From: Eledone cirrhosa | Taxonomy: Eukaryota | DNA length: 64,000 nucleotides | Direction of reading: 5' to 3' | Assembly: GCA_964016885.1 (NCBI GenBank) | Contig: OZ024740.1 | Coordinates: forward strand, 56,296,001 to 56,360,000 | In this document: in pieces, positions 1-15,391 of the stretch | Position numbering within the stretch: position 1 is the stretch's first letter | Layout of the letters: each line of letters opens with the position of its first letter | Notes under the pieces: generated by a model | The model's input: the letters and a program-made list of their open reading frames with translations, nothing else | Told to the model about the DNA's origin: nothing | The model's database searches: none | Made by a program: the position numbers and the translations under genes

Positions 1-3000
1 ATCCACTAACCCTACTGCTAATCCACTGCCCTTTCCTGCTAATCCTCTGCCCTTTCCTGCCAATCCACTGCCCTTTACTGCCAATCCACTGCCCTTTACT
101 GCCAATCCACTGCCCTTTACTGCCAATCCACTGCCCTTTACTGCCAATCCACTGCCCTTTACTGCCAATCCATTGCTTTTTACTGCCAATCCACTGTCCT
201 TTACTGCCAATCCACTGTCCTTTACTGCCAATCCACTGCCCTTTACTGCCAATCCACTGCCCTTTACTGCCAATCCACTGCCCTTTATTGTCAATCCACT
301 GTCCTTTACTGCCAATCCACTGCCCTTTACTCCCAATCCACTGCCCTTTATTGTCAATCCACTGTTGTTTACTGCCAATCCACTGCCCTTTACTGCCAAT
401 CCACTGCCCTTTACTGCCAATCCACTGCCCTTTACTGCCAATCCACTACCCTTTACTGCCAATCCACTGTCCTTTACTGCCAATCCACTGTCCTTTACTG
501 CCAATCCACTTCCCTTTACTGCCAATCCACTGTCCTTTACTGCCAATCCACTAACCCTACTGCTAATCCACTGCCCTTTCCTGCTAATCCTCTGCCCTTT
601 CCTGCCAATCCACTGCCCTTTACTGCCAATCCACTGCCCTTTACTGCCAATCCACTGCCCTTTACTGCCAATCCACTGCCCTTTACTGCCAATCCACTGT
701 CCTTACTGCCAATCCATTGCTTTTTACTGCCAATCCACTGTCCTTTACTGCCAATCCACTGTCCTTTACTGCCAATCCACTGCCCTTTACTGCCAATCGA
801 CTGTCCTTACTGCCAATCCACTGTTCTTACTGCGAATGCACTACCCTTTACTGCCAATCCACTGCCTTTTACTGCCAATCCACTGTCCTTACTGCCAATC
901 CATTGCTTTTTACTGCCAATCCACTGCCCTTTACTGCCAATCCACTGTCATTACTGCCAATCCACTGCCATTTACTGCCAATCCACTGTCCTTACTGCCA
1001 ATCCATTGCTTTTTACTGCCAATCCACTGTCCTTTACTGCCAATCCACTGTCCTTTACTGCCAATCCACTGCCCTTTACTGCCAATCGACTGTCCTTACT
1101 GCCAATCCACTGTTCTTACTGCGAATGCACTACCCTTTACTGCCAATCCACTGCCTTTTACTGCCAATCCACTGTCCTTACTGCCAATCCATTGCTTTTT
1201 ACTGCCAATCCACTGCCCTTTACTGCCAATCCACTGTCATTACTGCCAATCCACTGCCATTTACTGCCAATCCACTGCCTTTTACTGCCAATCCACTACC
1301 CTTTACTGCCAATCCACTGTCCTTATTGCCAATCCATTGCTTTACTGCCAATCCACTGCCTTTTACTTCCAATCCACTGTCTTTACTGCCAATCCACTGC
1401 CCTTTACTGCCAATCCACTGCCCTTACTGCCAATCCATTGCTTTTTACTGGCAATCCACTGTCCTTTACTGCCAATACACTGTCCTTTACTGCCAATCCA
1501 CTGCCCTTTACTGCCAATCCACTGTTCTTACTGCCAATCCACTGTTCTTACTGCAAATCCACTACCCTTTACTGCCATTCCACTGCCCTTTACTGCCAAT
1601 CCACTGTCCTTACTGCCAATCCATTGCTTTTACTATCAATCCACTGCCCTTTACTGCCAATCCACTGTCCTTACTGCCAATCCACTGCCCTTTACTGCCA
1701 ATCTACTGCCCTTTACTGCCAATCCACTGTCCTTACTGCCAATCCACTGCCGTTTACTGCCAATCCACTGCCCTTTACTGCCAATCCACTGCCCTTTATT
1801 GCCAATCCACTGTCCTTACTGCCATTCCACTGCCATTTACTGCCAATCCACTACCCTTTACTGCCAATCCACTGCCCTTTACTGTCAATCCACTCTCCTT
1901 ACTGCCAATCCACTGCCATTTACTGCCAATCCACTGCCCTTTACTGCCAATCCACCGTCCTTACTTCCAATCAACTGTCCTTACTCCCAAATCACTAAGC
2001 TTTACTGCCAATCCACAGTCCTTACTGCCAATCCACTGTCCTTACTGCCAATCCACTGCCCTTTACTGCCAGTCCACTGTCCTTACTGCCAATCCACTGC
2101 CCTTTACTGCAAATCCACTGTCGTTTACTGCCAATCCACTGTCCTTACTGCCAATCCACTGCCGTTTACTGCCAATCCACTGCCCTTTCCTTCTAATCCA
2201 CTGCCCTTTACTGCCAATCCACGTCGCTTTACTGCCAATCCACTGTCCTTTACTGCCAATTCACTGCCCTTTACTGCCAATTCTCTGTCCTTACTGCCAA
2301 CCCACTGTCCTTTACTGCCAACCCACTGCCCTATACTGCCAATCCACTATCCTTACTGCCAATCCACTGCCCTTTCCTGCTAATCCACTACTCTTTCCTG
2401 CCAATCCACTGCACTATAATGCCAATCCACTGCCCTTTACTGCCAATCCACTGTCCTTTACTGCCAATCCACTTATCTTTAATGCCAATCCACTGTCCTT
2501 TACTGCCAATCCACTGCCCTTTACTGCCAATCCACTGCCCTTTTTTGCCAATCCACTGTCCTTTACTTCCAATCCACTGTCTTTACTGCCAATCCACTGC
2601 CCATTACTGCCAATCCACTGTCCTTACTGCCAATCCATTGCTTTTTACTGCCAATCCACTGTCCTTTACTGCCAATCCACTGTCCTTTACTGCCAATCCA
2701 CTGTCCTTTACTGCCAATCCACTGCCCTTTACTGCCAATCCACTGTCCTTACTGCCAATCCACTGTTCTTACTGCGAATTCACTACCCTTTACTGCCAAT
2801 CGACTGCCCTTTACTGCCAATCCACTGTCCTTACTGCCAATCCATTGCTTTTTACTGCCAATCCATTGCTTTTTACTGCTAATCCACTGCCCTTTACTGC
2901 CAAACCACTGTCCTTACTGCCAATCCACTGCCCTTTACTGCCAATCCACTGGCCTTATTGCCAATCCATTGCATTACTGCCAATCCACTGCCCTTTACTG

Positions 3001-6000
3001 CCAATCCACTGTCCTTACTGTAAATCCGCTGTCCTTACTGCCAATCAACTACCCTTTACTGCCAATCCACTGCCCTTTTCTGCCAGTCCACTGTCCTTAC
3101 TGCCAATCCACTTCCCTTTACTGCCAATCCACTGTCCTTACTGCCAATCCACTGTCCTTACTGCCAATCCACTGCCCTTTACTGCCAATCCACCGTCCTT
3201 ACTTCCAATCAACTGTCCTTACTCCCAAATCACTAAGCTTTACTGCCAATCCACGGTCCTTACTGCCAATCCAATGTCCTTACTGCCGATCCACTACCCT
3301 TTACTGCCAATCCACTGCCCTTTACTGCCAGTCCACTGTCCTTACTGCCAATCCACTTCCCTTTACTGCCAATCCACCGTCCTTACTTCCAATCAACTGT
3401 CCTTACTCCCAAATCACTAAGCTTTACTGCCAATCCACCGTCCTTACTGCCAATCCAATGTCCTTACTGCCAATCCACCGCCCTTTACTGCCAATCCACT
3501 GCCCTTTACTGCCAGTCCACTGTCCTTACTGCCAATCCTCTGCCCTTTACTGCAAATCCACTGTCCTTTACTGTCAATCCACTATCCTTACTTCCAATCC
3601 ACTGCCGTTTACTGCCAATCCACTGCCCTTTCCTTCTAATCCACTGCCCTTTACTGCCAATCCACGTCGCTTTACTGCCAATCCACTGTCCTTTACTGCC
3701 AATTCACTGCCCTTTACTGCCAATTCACTGCCCTTTACTGCCAATTCTCTGTCCTTACTGCCAATCCACTGTCCTTTACTGCCAATCCACGTCGCTTTAC
3801 TGCCAATCCACTGTCCTTTACTGCCAATTCACTGCCCTTTACTGCCAATTCTCTGTCCTTACTGCCAACCCACTGTCCTTTACTGCCAACCCACTGCCCT
3901 ATACTGCCAATCCACTATCCTTACTGCCAATCCACTGCCCTTTCCTGCTAATCCACTACTCTTTCCTGCCAATCCACTGCACTATAATGCCAATCCACTG
4001 CCCTTTACTGCCAATCCACTGTCCTTTACTGCCAATCCACTTATCTTTAATGCCAATCCACTGTCCTTTACTGCCAATCCACTGCCCTTTACTGCCAATC
4101 CACTGCCCTTTTTTGCCAATCCACTGTCCTTTACTTCCAATCCACTGTCTTTACTGCCAATCCACTGCCCATTACTGCCAATCCACTGTCCTTACTGCCA
4201 ATCCATTGCTTTTTACTGCCAATCCACTGTCCTTTACTGCCAATCCACTGTCCTTTACTGCCAATCCACTGCCCTTTACTGCCAATCCACTGTCCTTTAC
4301 TGCCAATCCACTGTCCTTTACTGCGAATTCACTACCCTTTACTGCCAATCGACTGCCCTTTACTGCCAATCCACTGTCCTTACTGCCAATCCATTGCTTT
4401 TTACTGCCAATCCATTGCTTTTTACTGCTAATCCACTGCCCTTTACTGCCAAACCACTGTCCTTACTGCCAATCCACTGCTTTTTACTGCCAATCCACTG
4501 CCCTTTACTGTCAATCCACTGTCCTTACTGCCAATCCACTGCCATTTACTGCCAATCCACTGCCCTTTACTGCCAATCCACTGGCCTTATTGCCAATCCA
4601 TTGCATTACTGCCAATCCACTGTCCTTACTGCCAATCCACTGCCCTTTACTGCCAATCCACTGTCCTTACTGTAAATCCGCTGAATTTACTGCCAATCAA
4701 CTACCCTTTACTGCCAATCCACTGCCCTTTTCGGCCAGTCCACTGTCCTTACTGCCAATCCACTTCCCTTTACTGCCAATCCACTGTCCTTACTGCCAAT
4801 CCACGGTCCTTACTGCCAATCCAATGTCCTTACTGCCGATCCACTACCCTTTACTGCCAATCCACTGCCTTTTACTGCCAGTCCACTGTCCTTACTGCCA
4901 ATCCACTTCCCTTTACTGCCAATCCACCGTCCTTACTGCCAATCCAATGTCCTTACTGCCAATCCACTGCCCTTTACTGCCAATCCACTGTCCTTTACTG
5001 CCAATCCACTTACCTTTAATGCCAATCCACCGCCCTTTACTGCCAGTCCACTGTCCTTACTGCCAATCCTCTGCCCTTTACTGCAAATCCACTGTCGTTT
5101 ACTGTCAATCCACTATCCTTACTTCCAATCCACGTCGCTTTACTGCCAATCCACTGTCCTTTACTGCCAATTCACTGCCCTTTACTGCCAATTCACTGCC
5201 CTTTACTGCCAATTCTCTGTCCTTACTGCCAATCCACTGTCCTTTACTGCCAATCCACTGCCCTTTACTGCCAATCCACTGCCCTTTACTGCCAATCCAC
5301 TATCCTTACTGCCAATCCACTACCCTTTCCTGCCAATCCACTACTCTTTCCTGCTAATCCACTGCACTATACTGCCAATCCACTTACCTTTAATGCCAAT
5401 CCACTGTCCTTTACTGCCAATCCACTGCCCTTTACTTCCAATCCACTGCCCTTTACTGCCAATCCACTGTCCTTTACTGCCAATCCACTGCCCTTTACTG
5501 CCAATCCACTGTCCTTACTACCAATCTACTCCCCTTTACTGCCAATCCACTGTCCTTACTTCCAATCCACTGTAATTTACTGCCAGTCCACTGCCCTTTA
5601 CTGCTAATCCACTGTCCTTATTGCCAATCCACTGCCCTTTACTGCCAATCCACTGTCCTTACTGCCTATCCACTGCCCTTTACTGCCAATCCACTGCTTT
5701 TTACTGCCAATCCACTGCCCTTTACTGCCAACCCACTGTCCTTACTGCTAATCCACTGCCCTTTACTGCCAATCCACTGCCATTTACTGCCAATCCAATG
5801 CCCTTTACTGCCAATCCACTGTCCTTACTGCCAATCCACTACCCTTTACTGCCAATCCACTGCCCTCTACTGCCAATCCACTGCCCTTTACTGCCAATCC
5901 ACTGCCCTTTACTGCCAATCCACTGTCCTCTACTGCCAATCCACTACCCTTTACTGCCAATCCACTGCCCTTTACTGCCAATCCACTGCCCTTTACTGCC

Positions 6001-9000
6001 AATCCACTTCCCTTTACTGCCAATCAACTGTCCTTACTGCCAATCCACTACCCTTTACTCCTAATCCACTGCCCTTTACTTCCAATCCACTGTCCTTTAC
6101 TGCCAATCCACTTCCCTTTACTGCCAATCCACTGCTCTTTACTGCCAATCCACTGCCCTTTACTGCCAATCCACTGTCCTTACTGCCAATCCACTGCTTT
6201 TTACTGCCAATCCACTGCCCTTTACTGTCAATCCACTGTCCTTACTGCCAATCCACTGCCATTTACTGCCAATCCACTGCCCTTTACTGCCAATCCACTG
6301 GCCTTATTGCCAATACATTGCATTACTGCCAATCCACTGTTCTTTACTGCCAATCCACTGCCCTTTACTGGCAATCCACTGTCCTTACTGCCAATCCACT
6401 GCCCTTTACTGCCAATCCACTGTCCTTACTGTAAATCCGCTGTCCTTACTGCCAATCCACTACCCTTTACTCCCAATCCACTGCCCTTTACTGCCAGTCC
6501 ACTGTCCTTACTGCCAATCCACTTCCCTTTACTGCCAATCCACCGTCCTTACTTCCAATCAACTGTCCTTACTCCCAAATCACTAAGCTTTACTGCCAAT
6601 CCACGGTCCTTACTGCCAATCCAATGTCCTTACTGCCAATCCACCGCCCTTTACTGCCAATCCACTGCCCTTTACTGCCAATCCACTGCCGTTTACTGCC
6701 AATCCACTGCCCTTTCCTTCTAATCCACTGCCCTTTACTGCCAATCCACGTCGCTTTACTGCCAATCCACGTCCTTTACTGCTAATCCACTGCCCTTTCC
6801 TGCTAATCCTCTGCCCTTTCCTGCCAATCCACTGCCCTTTACTGCCAATCCACTGCCCTTTACTGCCAATCCACTGCCCTTTACTGCCAATCCACTGTCC
6901 TTACTGCCAATCCACTGCCCTTTACTGCCAATCCACTGCCCTTTACTGCCAATCCACTGTCCTTACTGCCAACCCACTGTCCTTTACTGCCAATCCACTG
7001 CCCTTTACTGCCAACCCACTGTCCTTACTGCCAATCTACTGCCCTTTACTGCCAATCCACTGTCCTTACTGCCAATCCACTGCCCTTTACTGCCAATCCA
7101 CTGTCCTTTACTGCCAATCCACTTATCTTTAATGCCAATCCACTGTCCTTTACTGCCAATCCACTGCCCTTTACTGCCAATCCACTGCCATTTACTGCCA
7201 ATCTACTGCCCTTTACTGCCAATCCACTGTCCTTACTGCCAATCCACTGTCCTTACTGCCAACCCACTGTCCTTTACTGCCAATCCACTGCCCTTTACTG
7301 CCAATCCACTGTCCTTACTGCCAATCTACTGCCCTTTACTGCCAATCCACTGTCCTTACTGCCAATCCACTGCCCTTTACTGCCAATCCACTGTCCTTTA
7401 CTGCCAATCCACTTATCTTTAATGCCAATCCACTGTCCTTTACTGCCAATCCACTGCCCTTTACTGCCAATCCACTGCCCTTTACTGCCAATCCACTGCC
7501 CTTTACTGCCAATCCACTGCCCTTTACTGCCAATCCACTGCCCTTTACTGCCAATCCACTGTCCTTACTGCCAATCCACTGCCCTTTACTGCCAATCCAC
7601 TGCCCTTTACTGCCAATCCACTGTCCTTACTGCCAACCCACTGTCCTTTACTGCCAATCCACTGCCCTTTACTGCCAACCCACTGTCCTTTACTGCCAAT
7701 CCACTGTCCTTACTGCCAATCCACTGCCCTTTACTGCCAATCCACTGTCCTTACTGCCAATCCACTGCCCTTTACTGCCAATCCACTGTCCTTTACTGCC
7801 AATCCACTTATCTTTAATGCCAATCCACTGTCCTTTACTGCCAATCCACTGCCCTTTACTGCCAATCCACGGCCCTTTACTGCCAATCCACTGTCCTTTA
7901 CTGCCAATCCACTGCCCTTTACTGCCAATCCACTGTCCTTACTGCCAATCTACTCCCCTTTACTGCCAATCCACTGTCCTTACTGCCAATCCACTACCCT
8001 TTACTGCCAGTCCACTGCCCTTTATTGCCAATCAACTGCCCTTTACTGCCAATCCACTATCCTTACTGCCAATCCACTACCCTTTACTGCCAATCCACTG
8101 CTCTTTACTTCCAATCCACTGTCTTTACTACCAATCCACTGCCCTTTACTGCCAATCCACTGTCCTTACTGCCAATCCATTGCTTTTTACTGCCAATCCA
8201 CTGTCCTTTACTGCCAATCCACTGTCCTTTACTGCCAATCCACTGCCCTTTACTGCCAATCCACTGTTCTTACTGCGAATCCACTACCCTTTACTGCCAA
8301 TCCACTGCCCTTTACTGCCAATCCACTGTCCTTACTGCCAATCCATTGCTTTTTACTGCCAATCCACTGCCCTTTACTGCCAATCCACTGTCCTTACTGC
8401 CAATCCACTGCTTTTTACTGCCAATCCACTGCCCTTTACTGCAAATCCACTGTCCTTTACTGTCAATCCACTATCCTTACTTCCAATCCATTGCTTTTTA
8501 CTGCCAATCCACTGCCCTTTCCTTCTAATCCACTGCCCTTTACTGCCAATCCACGTCGCTTTACTGCCAATCCACTGTCCTTTACTGCCAATTCACTGCC
8601 CTTTACTGCCAATTTACTGCCCTTTACTGCCAATTCTCTGTCCTTACTGCCAACCCACTGTCCTTTACTGCCAATCCACTGCCCTTTACTGCCAATCCAC
8701 TATCCTTACTGCCAATCCACTACCCTTTCCTGCCAATCCACTACTCTTTCCTGCCAATCCACTGCACTATACTGCCAATCCACTTACCTTTAATGCCAAT
8801 CCACTGTCCTTTACTGCCAATCCACTGCCCTTTACTTCCAATCCACTGCCCTTTACTGCCAATCCACTGTCCTTTACTGCCAATACACTGCCCTTTACTG
8901 CCAATCCACTGTCCTTACTACCAATCTACTCCCCTTTACCTCCAATCCACCGTCCTTACTGCCAATCCACTGTCCTTTACTGCCAGTCCACTGCCCTTTA

Positions 9001-12000
9001 CTGCTAATCCACTGTCCTTATTGCCAATCCACTGCCCTTTACTGCCAATCCACTGTCCTTACTGCCTATCCACTGCCCTTTACTGCCAATCCACTGCTTT
9101 TTACTGCCAATCCACTGCCCTTTACTGCCAACCCACTGTCCTTACTGCCAATCCACTGCCCTTTACTGCCAATCCACTGCCATTTACTGCCAATCCACTG
9201 CCCTTTACTGCCAATCCACTGTCCTTACTGCCAATCCACTACCCTTTACTGCCAATCCACTGCCCTTTACTGCCAATCCACTGCCCTTTACTGCCAATCA
9301 ACTGTCCTTACTGCCAATCCACTACCCTTTACTCCTAATCCACTGCCCTTTACTTCCAATCCACTGTCCTTTACTGCCAATCCACTTCCCTTTACTGCCA
9401 ATCCACTGCTCTTTACTGCCAATCCACTGCCCTTTACTGCCAATCCACTGTCCTTACTGCCAATCCACTGATTTTTACTGCCAATCCACTGCCCTTTACT
9501 GTCAATCCACTGTCCTTACTGCCAATCCACTGCCATTTACTGCCAATCCACTGCCCTTTACTGCCAATCCACTGGCCTTATTGCCAATCCATTGCATTAC
9601 TGCCAATCCACTGTCCTTTACTGCCAATCCACTGCCCTTTACTGGCAATCCACTGTCCTTACTGCCAATCCACTGCCCTTTACTGCCAATCCACTGTCCT
9701 TACTGCCAATCCACTACCCTTTACTGCCAATCCACTGCCTTTTACTGCCAATCCACTGCCCTTTACTGCCAATCAACTGTCCTTACTGCCAATCCACTAC
9801 CCTTTACTCCTAATCCACTGCCCTTTACTTCCAATCCACTGTCCTTTACTGCCAATCCACTTCCCTTTACTGCCAATCCACTGCTCTTTACTGCCAATCC
9901 ACTGCCCTTTACTGCCAATCCACTGTCCTTACTGCCAATCCACTGATTTTTACTGCCAATCCACTGCCCTTTACTGTCAATCCACTGTCCTTACTGCCAA
10001 TCCACTGCCATTTACTGCCAATCCACTGCCCTTTACTGCCAATCCACTGGCCTTATTGCCAATCCATTGCATTACTGCCAATCCACTGTCCTTTACTGCC
10101 AATCCACTGCCCTTTACTGGCAATCCACTGTCCTTACTGCCAATCCACTGCCCTTTACTGCCAATCCACTGTCCTTACTGTAAATCCGCTGTCCTTACTG
10201 CCAATCCACTACCCTTTACTGCCAATCCACTGTCCTTACTGCCAATCCACTTCCCTTTACTGCCAATCCACCGTCCTTACTTCCAATCAACTGTCCTTAC
10301 TCCCAAATCACTAAGCTTTACTGCCAATCCACGGTCCTTACTGCCAATCCAATGTCCTTACTGCCAATCCACCGCCCTTTACTGCCAATCCACTGCCCTT
10401 TACTGCCAATCCACTGCCGTTTACTGCCAATCCACTGCCCTTTCCTTCTAATCCACTGCCCTTTACTGCCAATCCACGTCGCTTTACTGCCAATCCACTG
10501 TCCTTTACTGCTAATCCACTGCCCTTTCCTGCTAATCCTCTGCCCTTTCCTGCCAATCCACTGCCCTTTACAGCCAATCCACTGCCCTTTACTGCCAATC
10601 CACTGCCCTTTACTGCCAATCCACTGTCCTTACTGCCAATCCACTGCCCTTTACTGCCAATCCACTGCCCTTTACTGCCAATCCACTGTCCTTACTGCCA
10701 ACCCACTGTCCTTTACTGCCAATCCACTGCCCTTTACTGCCAACCCACTGTCCTTTACTGCCAATCCACTGTCCTTACTGCCAATCCACTGCCCTTTACT
10801 GCCAATCCACTGTCCTTACTGCCAATCCACTGCCCTTTACTGCCAATCCACTGTCCTTTACTGCCAATCCACTTATCTTTAATGCCAATCCACTGTCCTT
10901 TACTGCCAATCCACTGCCCTTTACTGCCAATCCACTGCCCTTTACTGCCAATCCACTGTCCTTTACTGCCAATCCACTGCCCTTTACTGCCAATCCACTG
11001 TCCTTACTGCCAATCTACTCCCCTTTACTGCCAATCCACTGTCCTTACTGCCAATCCACTACCCTTTACTGCCAGTCCACTGCCCTTTATTGCCAATCCA
11101 CTGCCCTTTACTGCCAATCCACTATCCTTACTGCCAATCCACTACCCTTTACTGCCAATCCACTGCTCTTTACTTCCAATCTACTGTCTTTACTGCCAAT
11201 CCACTGCCCTTTACTGCCAATCCACTGTCCTTACTGCCAATCCATTGCTTTTTACTGCCAATCCACTGTCCTTTACTGCCAATCCACTGTCCTTTACTGC
11301 CAATCCACTGCCCTTTACTGCCAATCCACTGTTCTTACTGCGAATCCACTACCCTTTACTGCCAATCCACTGCCCTTTACTGCCAATCCACTGTCCTTAC
11401 TGCCAATCCATTGCTTTTTACTGCCAATCCACTGCCCTTTACTGCCAATCCACTGTCCTTACTGCCAATCCACTGCTTTTTACTGCCAATCCACTGCCCT
11501 TTACTGCCAATCCACTGTCCTTACTGCCAATCCACTGCCATTTACTGCCAATCCACTGCCCTTTACTGCCAATCCACTGGCCTTATTGCCAATCCATTGC
11601 ATTACTGCCAATCCACTGTCCTTACTGCCAATCCATTTCCCTTTACTGCCAATCCACTGTCCTTACTGCCAATACACTGTCCTTACTACCAATCCACTGC
11701 CCTTTACTGCCAATCGACTGTCCTTACTGCCAATCCACTATCCTTACTCCCAAATCACTAAGCTTTACTGCCAATCCACTGTCCTTACTGCCAATCCACT
11801 GTCCTTACTGCCAATCCACTGCCAATCCACTGCCCTTTACTGCCAGTCCACTGTCCTTACTGCCATTCCACTGCCCTTTACTGCAAATCCACTGTCCTTT
11901 TCTGCCAATCCACTATCCTTACTGCCAATCCACTGCCGTTTACTGCCAATCCACTGCCCTTTCCTTCCAATCCACTGCTCTTTACTGCCAATCCACTGCC

Positions 12001-15000
12001 CTTTACTGGCAATCCACTGTCCTTACTGCCAATCCACTGCCCTTTACTGCCAATCCACTGTCCTTACTGTAAATCCACTGTCCTTACTGCCAATCCACTA
12101 TCCTTTACTGCCAATCCACCGCCCTTTAATGCCAGTCCACTGTCCTTACTGCCAATCCACTTCCCTTTACTGCCAATCCACTGTCCTTACTGTCAATCCA
12201 CTGTCCTTACTGCCAATCCACTGCCCTTTACTGCCAATCCACTGTCCTTACTGCCAATCCACTGTCCTTACTCCAAAATTACTAAGCTTTACTGCCAATC
12301 CACTGTCCTTACTGCCAATCCACTGTCCTTACTGCCAATCCACTGCCGTTCACTGCCAATCCACTGCCCTTTACTGCCAGTCCACTGTCCTTACTGCCAA
12401 TCCACTGCCCTTTACTGAAAATGCACTGTCCTTTACTGCCAATCCACTATCCTTACTGCCAATCCACTGCCGTTTACTGCCAATCCACTGCCCTTTACTT
12501 CCAATCCACTGCTCTTTACTGCCAATCCACTGTCCTTTACTGCCAATCCACTGTCCTTTACTGCCAATTCACTGTCCTTACTGCCAATCCACTGCTTTTT
12601 ACTGCCAATCCACTGCCCTTTACTGCCAATCCACTGTCCTTACTGCCAATCCACTGCCATTTACTGCCAATCCACTGTCCTTTACTGCCAATCCACTGCC
12701 CTTTACTGCCAATCCACTGCCATTTACTGCCAATCCACTGTCCTTTACTGCCAATCCACTATCCTTACTGCCAATCCACTGCCCTTTCCTGCCAATCCAC
12801 TTGCTCTTTCCTGCCAATCCACTGCCCTATACTGCCAATCCACTGCCCTTTACTGCCAATCCACTGTCCTTTACTGCCAATCCACTTACCTTTAATACCA
12901 ATCCACTGTCCTTTACTGCCAATCCACTTACCTTTAATACCAATCCACTGTCCTTTACTGCCAATCTACTGCCCTTTACTTCCAATCCACTGCCCTTTAC
13001 TGCCAATCCTCTGTCCTTTACTGCCAATCCACTGCCCTTTACTGCCAATCCACTGTCCTTACTACCAATCTACTCCCCTTTACTGCCAATTCACTGTCCT
13101 TACTGCCAATCCACTGTCCTTTACTGCCAGTCCACTGCCCTTTACTGCTAATCCACTGTCCTTATTGCCAATCCACTGCCCTTTACTGCCAATCCACTGT
13201 CCTTACTGCCTATCCACTGCCCTTTACTGCCAATCCACTGCTTTTTACTGCCAATCCACTGCCCTTTACTGCCAACCCACTGTCCTTACTGCCAATCCAC
13301 TGCCCTTTACTGCCAATCCACTGCCATTTACTGCCAATCCACTGCCCTTTACTGCCAATCCACTGTCCTTACTGCCAATCCACTACCCTTTACTGCCAAT
13401 CCACTGCCCTTTACTGCCAATCCACTGTCCTCTACTGCCAATCCACTGTCCTTTACTGCCAATCCACTGCCCTTTACTGCCAATCAACTGTCCTTACTGC
13501 CAATCCACTACCCTTTACTCCCAATCCACTGCCCTTTACTTCCAATCCACTCTCCTTTACTGCCAATCCACTTCCCTTTACTGCCAATCCACTGCTCTTT
13601 ACTGCCAATCCACTGCCCTTTACTGCTAATCCACTGTCCTTACTGCCAATCTACTTCCCTTTACTGCCAATCCACTGTCCTTACTGCCAATCCACTACCC
13701 TTTACTGCCAATCCACTGCCCTTTACTTCCAATCCACTGTCCTTACTGCCAATCCACTACCCTTTACTGCCAATCCACTGCTCTTTACTGCCAATCCACT
13801 GCCCTTTACTGCCAATCCACTGTCCTTACTGCCAATCTACTCCCCTTTACTGCAAATCCACTCTCCTTACTGCCAATCCACTGCCCTTTACTCCCAATCC
13901 ACTGTCCTTACTGCCAATCCACTGTCCTTTACTCCCAATCCACTGCCCTTTACTGCCAATCCACTGCCCTTACTGCCAATACACTGCCCTTTACTGCCAA
14001 TCCACTGCCCTTTATGCCAATCCACTGTCCTTACTGCCAATCCACTGCCCTTTTCTGCCAATCCACTGCCCTTTACTGCCAATCCACTGCCCTTTACTGC
14101 CAATCCACTGCCCTTTACTGCCAATCCACTGTCCTTACTGCCAATTCACTGCCATTTATGCCAATCCACTGCCCTTTACTGCCAATCCACTGTCCTTACT
14201 GCCCATCCACTGCCCTTTACTGCCAACCCAGTGTCCTTACTGCCAATCCACTGCCCTTTACTGCCAATCCACTGCCATTTACTGCCAATCCACTGCCCTT
14301 TACTGCCAATCCACTGTCCTTACTGCCAATCCACTACCCTTTACTGCCAATCCACTGCCCTTTACTGCCAATCCACTGTCCTCTACTGCCAATCCACTGT
14401 CCTTTACTGCCAATCCACTGCCCTTTACTGCCAATCAACTGTCCTTACTGCCAATCCACTACCCTTTACTCCCAATCCACTGCCCTTTACTTCCAATCCA
14501 CTGCCCTTTACTGCCAATCCACTTCCCTTTACTGCCAATCCACTGCTCTTTACTGCCAGTCCACTGCCCTTTACTGCCAATCCACTGTCCTTACTGCCAA
14601 TCTACTTCCCTTTACTGCCAATCCACTGTCCTTACTGCCAATCCACTACCCTTTACTGCCAATCTACTGCCCTTTACTTCCAATCCACTGTCCTTACTGC
14701 CAATCCACTGCCCTTTACTGCCAATCCACTGCTCTTTACTGCCAATCCACTGCCCTTTACTGCCAATCCACTCTCCTTACTGCCAATCCACTATCCTTTA
14801 CTGCCAATCCACTGTCCTTACTGCCAATCCACTGCCCTTTACTCCTAATCCACTGTCTTTACTGCCAATCCACTGTCCTTTACTGCCAATCCACTGACCT
14901 TTACTGCCAATCCACTGCCCTTACTGCCAATACACTGCCCTTTACTGCCAATCCACTGCCCTTTACTGCCAATCCACTGTCCTTACTGCCAATCCACTGC

Positions 15001-15162
15001 CCTTTTCTGCCAATCCACTGCCCTTTACTGCTAATCCCCTGCCCTTTACTGCCAATCCACTGCCCTTTACTGCCAATCCGCTGTCCTTACTGCCAATCCA
15101 CTGCCCTCTATGCCAATCCACTGCCCTTTACTGCCAATCAACTGTCCTTACTGCCAATCCAC
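1..15162. repeat. Tandem satellite, 21-bp unit ACTGCCAATCCACTGCCCTTT interspersed with 20-bp variant ACTGCCAATCCACTGTCCTT; runs off the left edge of the window
   Basis: Direct reading: uninterrupted array of roughly 700+ units ending abruptly at ...CTGCCAATCCAC (15162). Recurrent diagnostic variants indicate higher-order duplication. Confidence 0.98.
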
Positions 15163-15391
15163 AAGGAAAGCATAGAGAAATTAAATGAATTTTTCAATAT
15201 TACTTAAGTAAATGAACAATAATATACTCACAATGGTATAAATCAAGATGAACTTCTTAAATGTTTTAGGAAAGAAAATCAACAACCAAGCAGAGACTGA
15301 AATGTATATTACACATCTAGAAACTATAATCAATATTTATGTTCCACTTCGTGCCATCGAAGGCAATATGCGCTATATTATTTAGCTGATT

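Noticed and set aside
1-15162. CRISPR-like or telomeric array
   Set aside because: There are no unique spacers and no cas genes, the context is eukaryotic, and the unit is not a TTAGGG-type repeat.
173-15207. Long ORFs (up to 736 aa; FTANPLP / LLPIHCP / YCQSTAL repeats) in the satellite
   Set aside because: The monomer has no stop codon in any plus frame, so ORFs arise automatically. Frames shift at every 20-bp unit, and there is no unique coding context.
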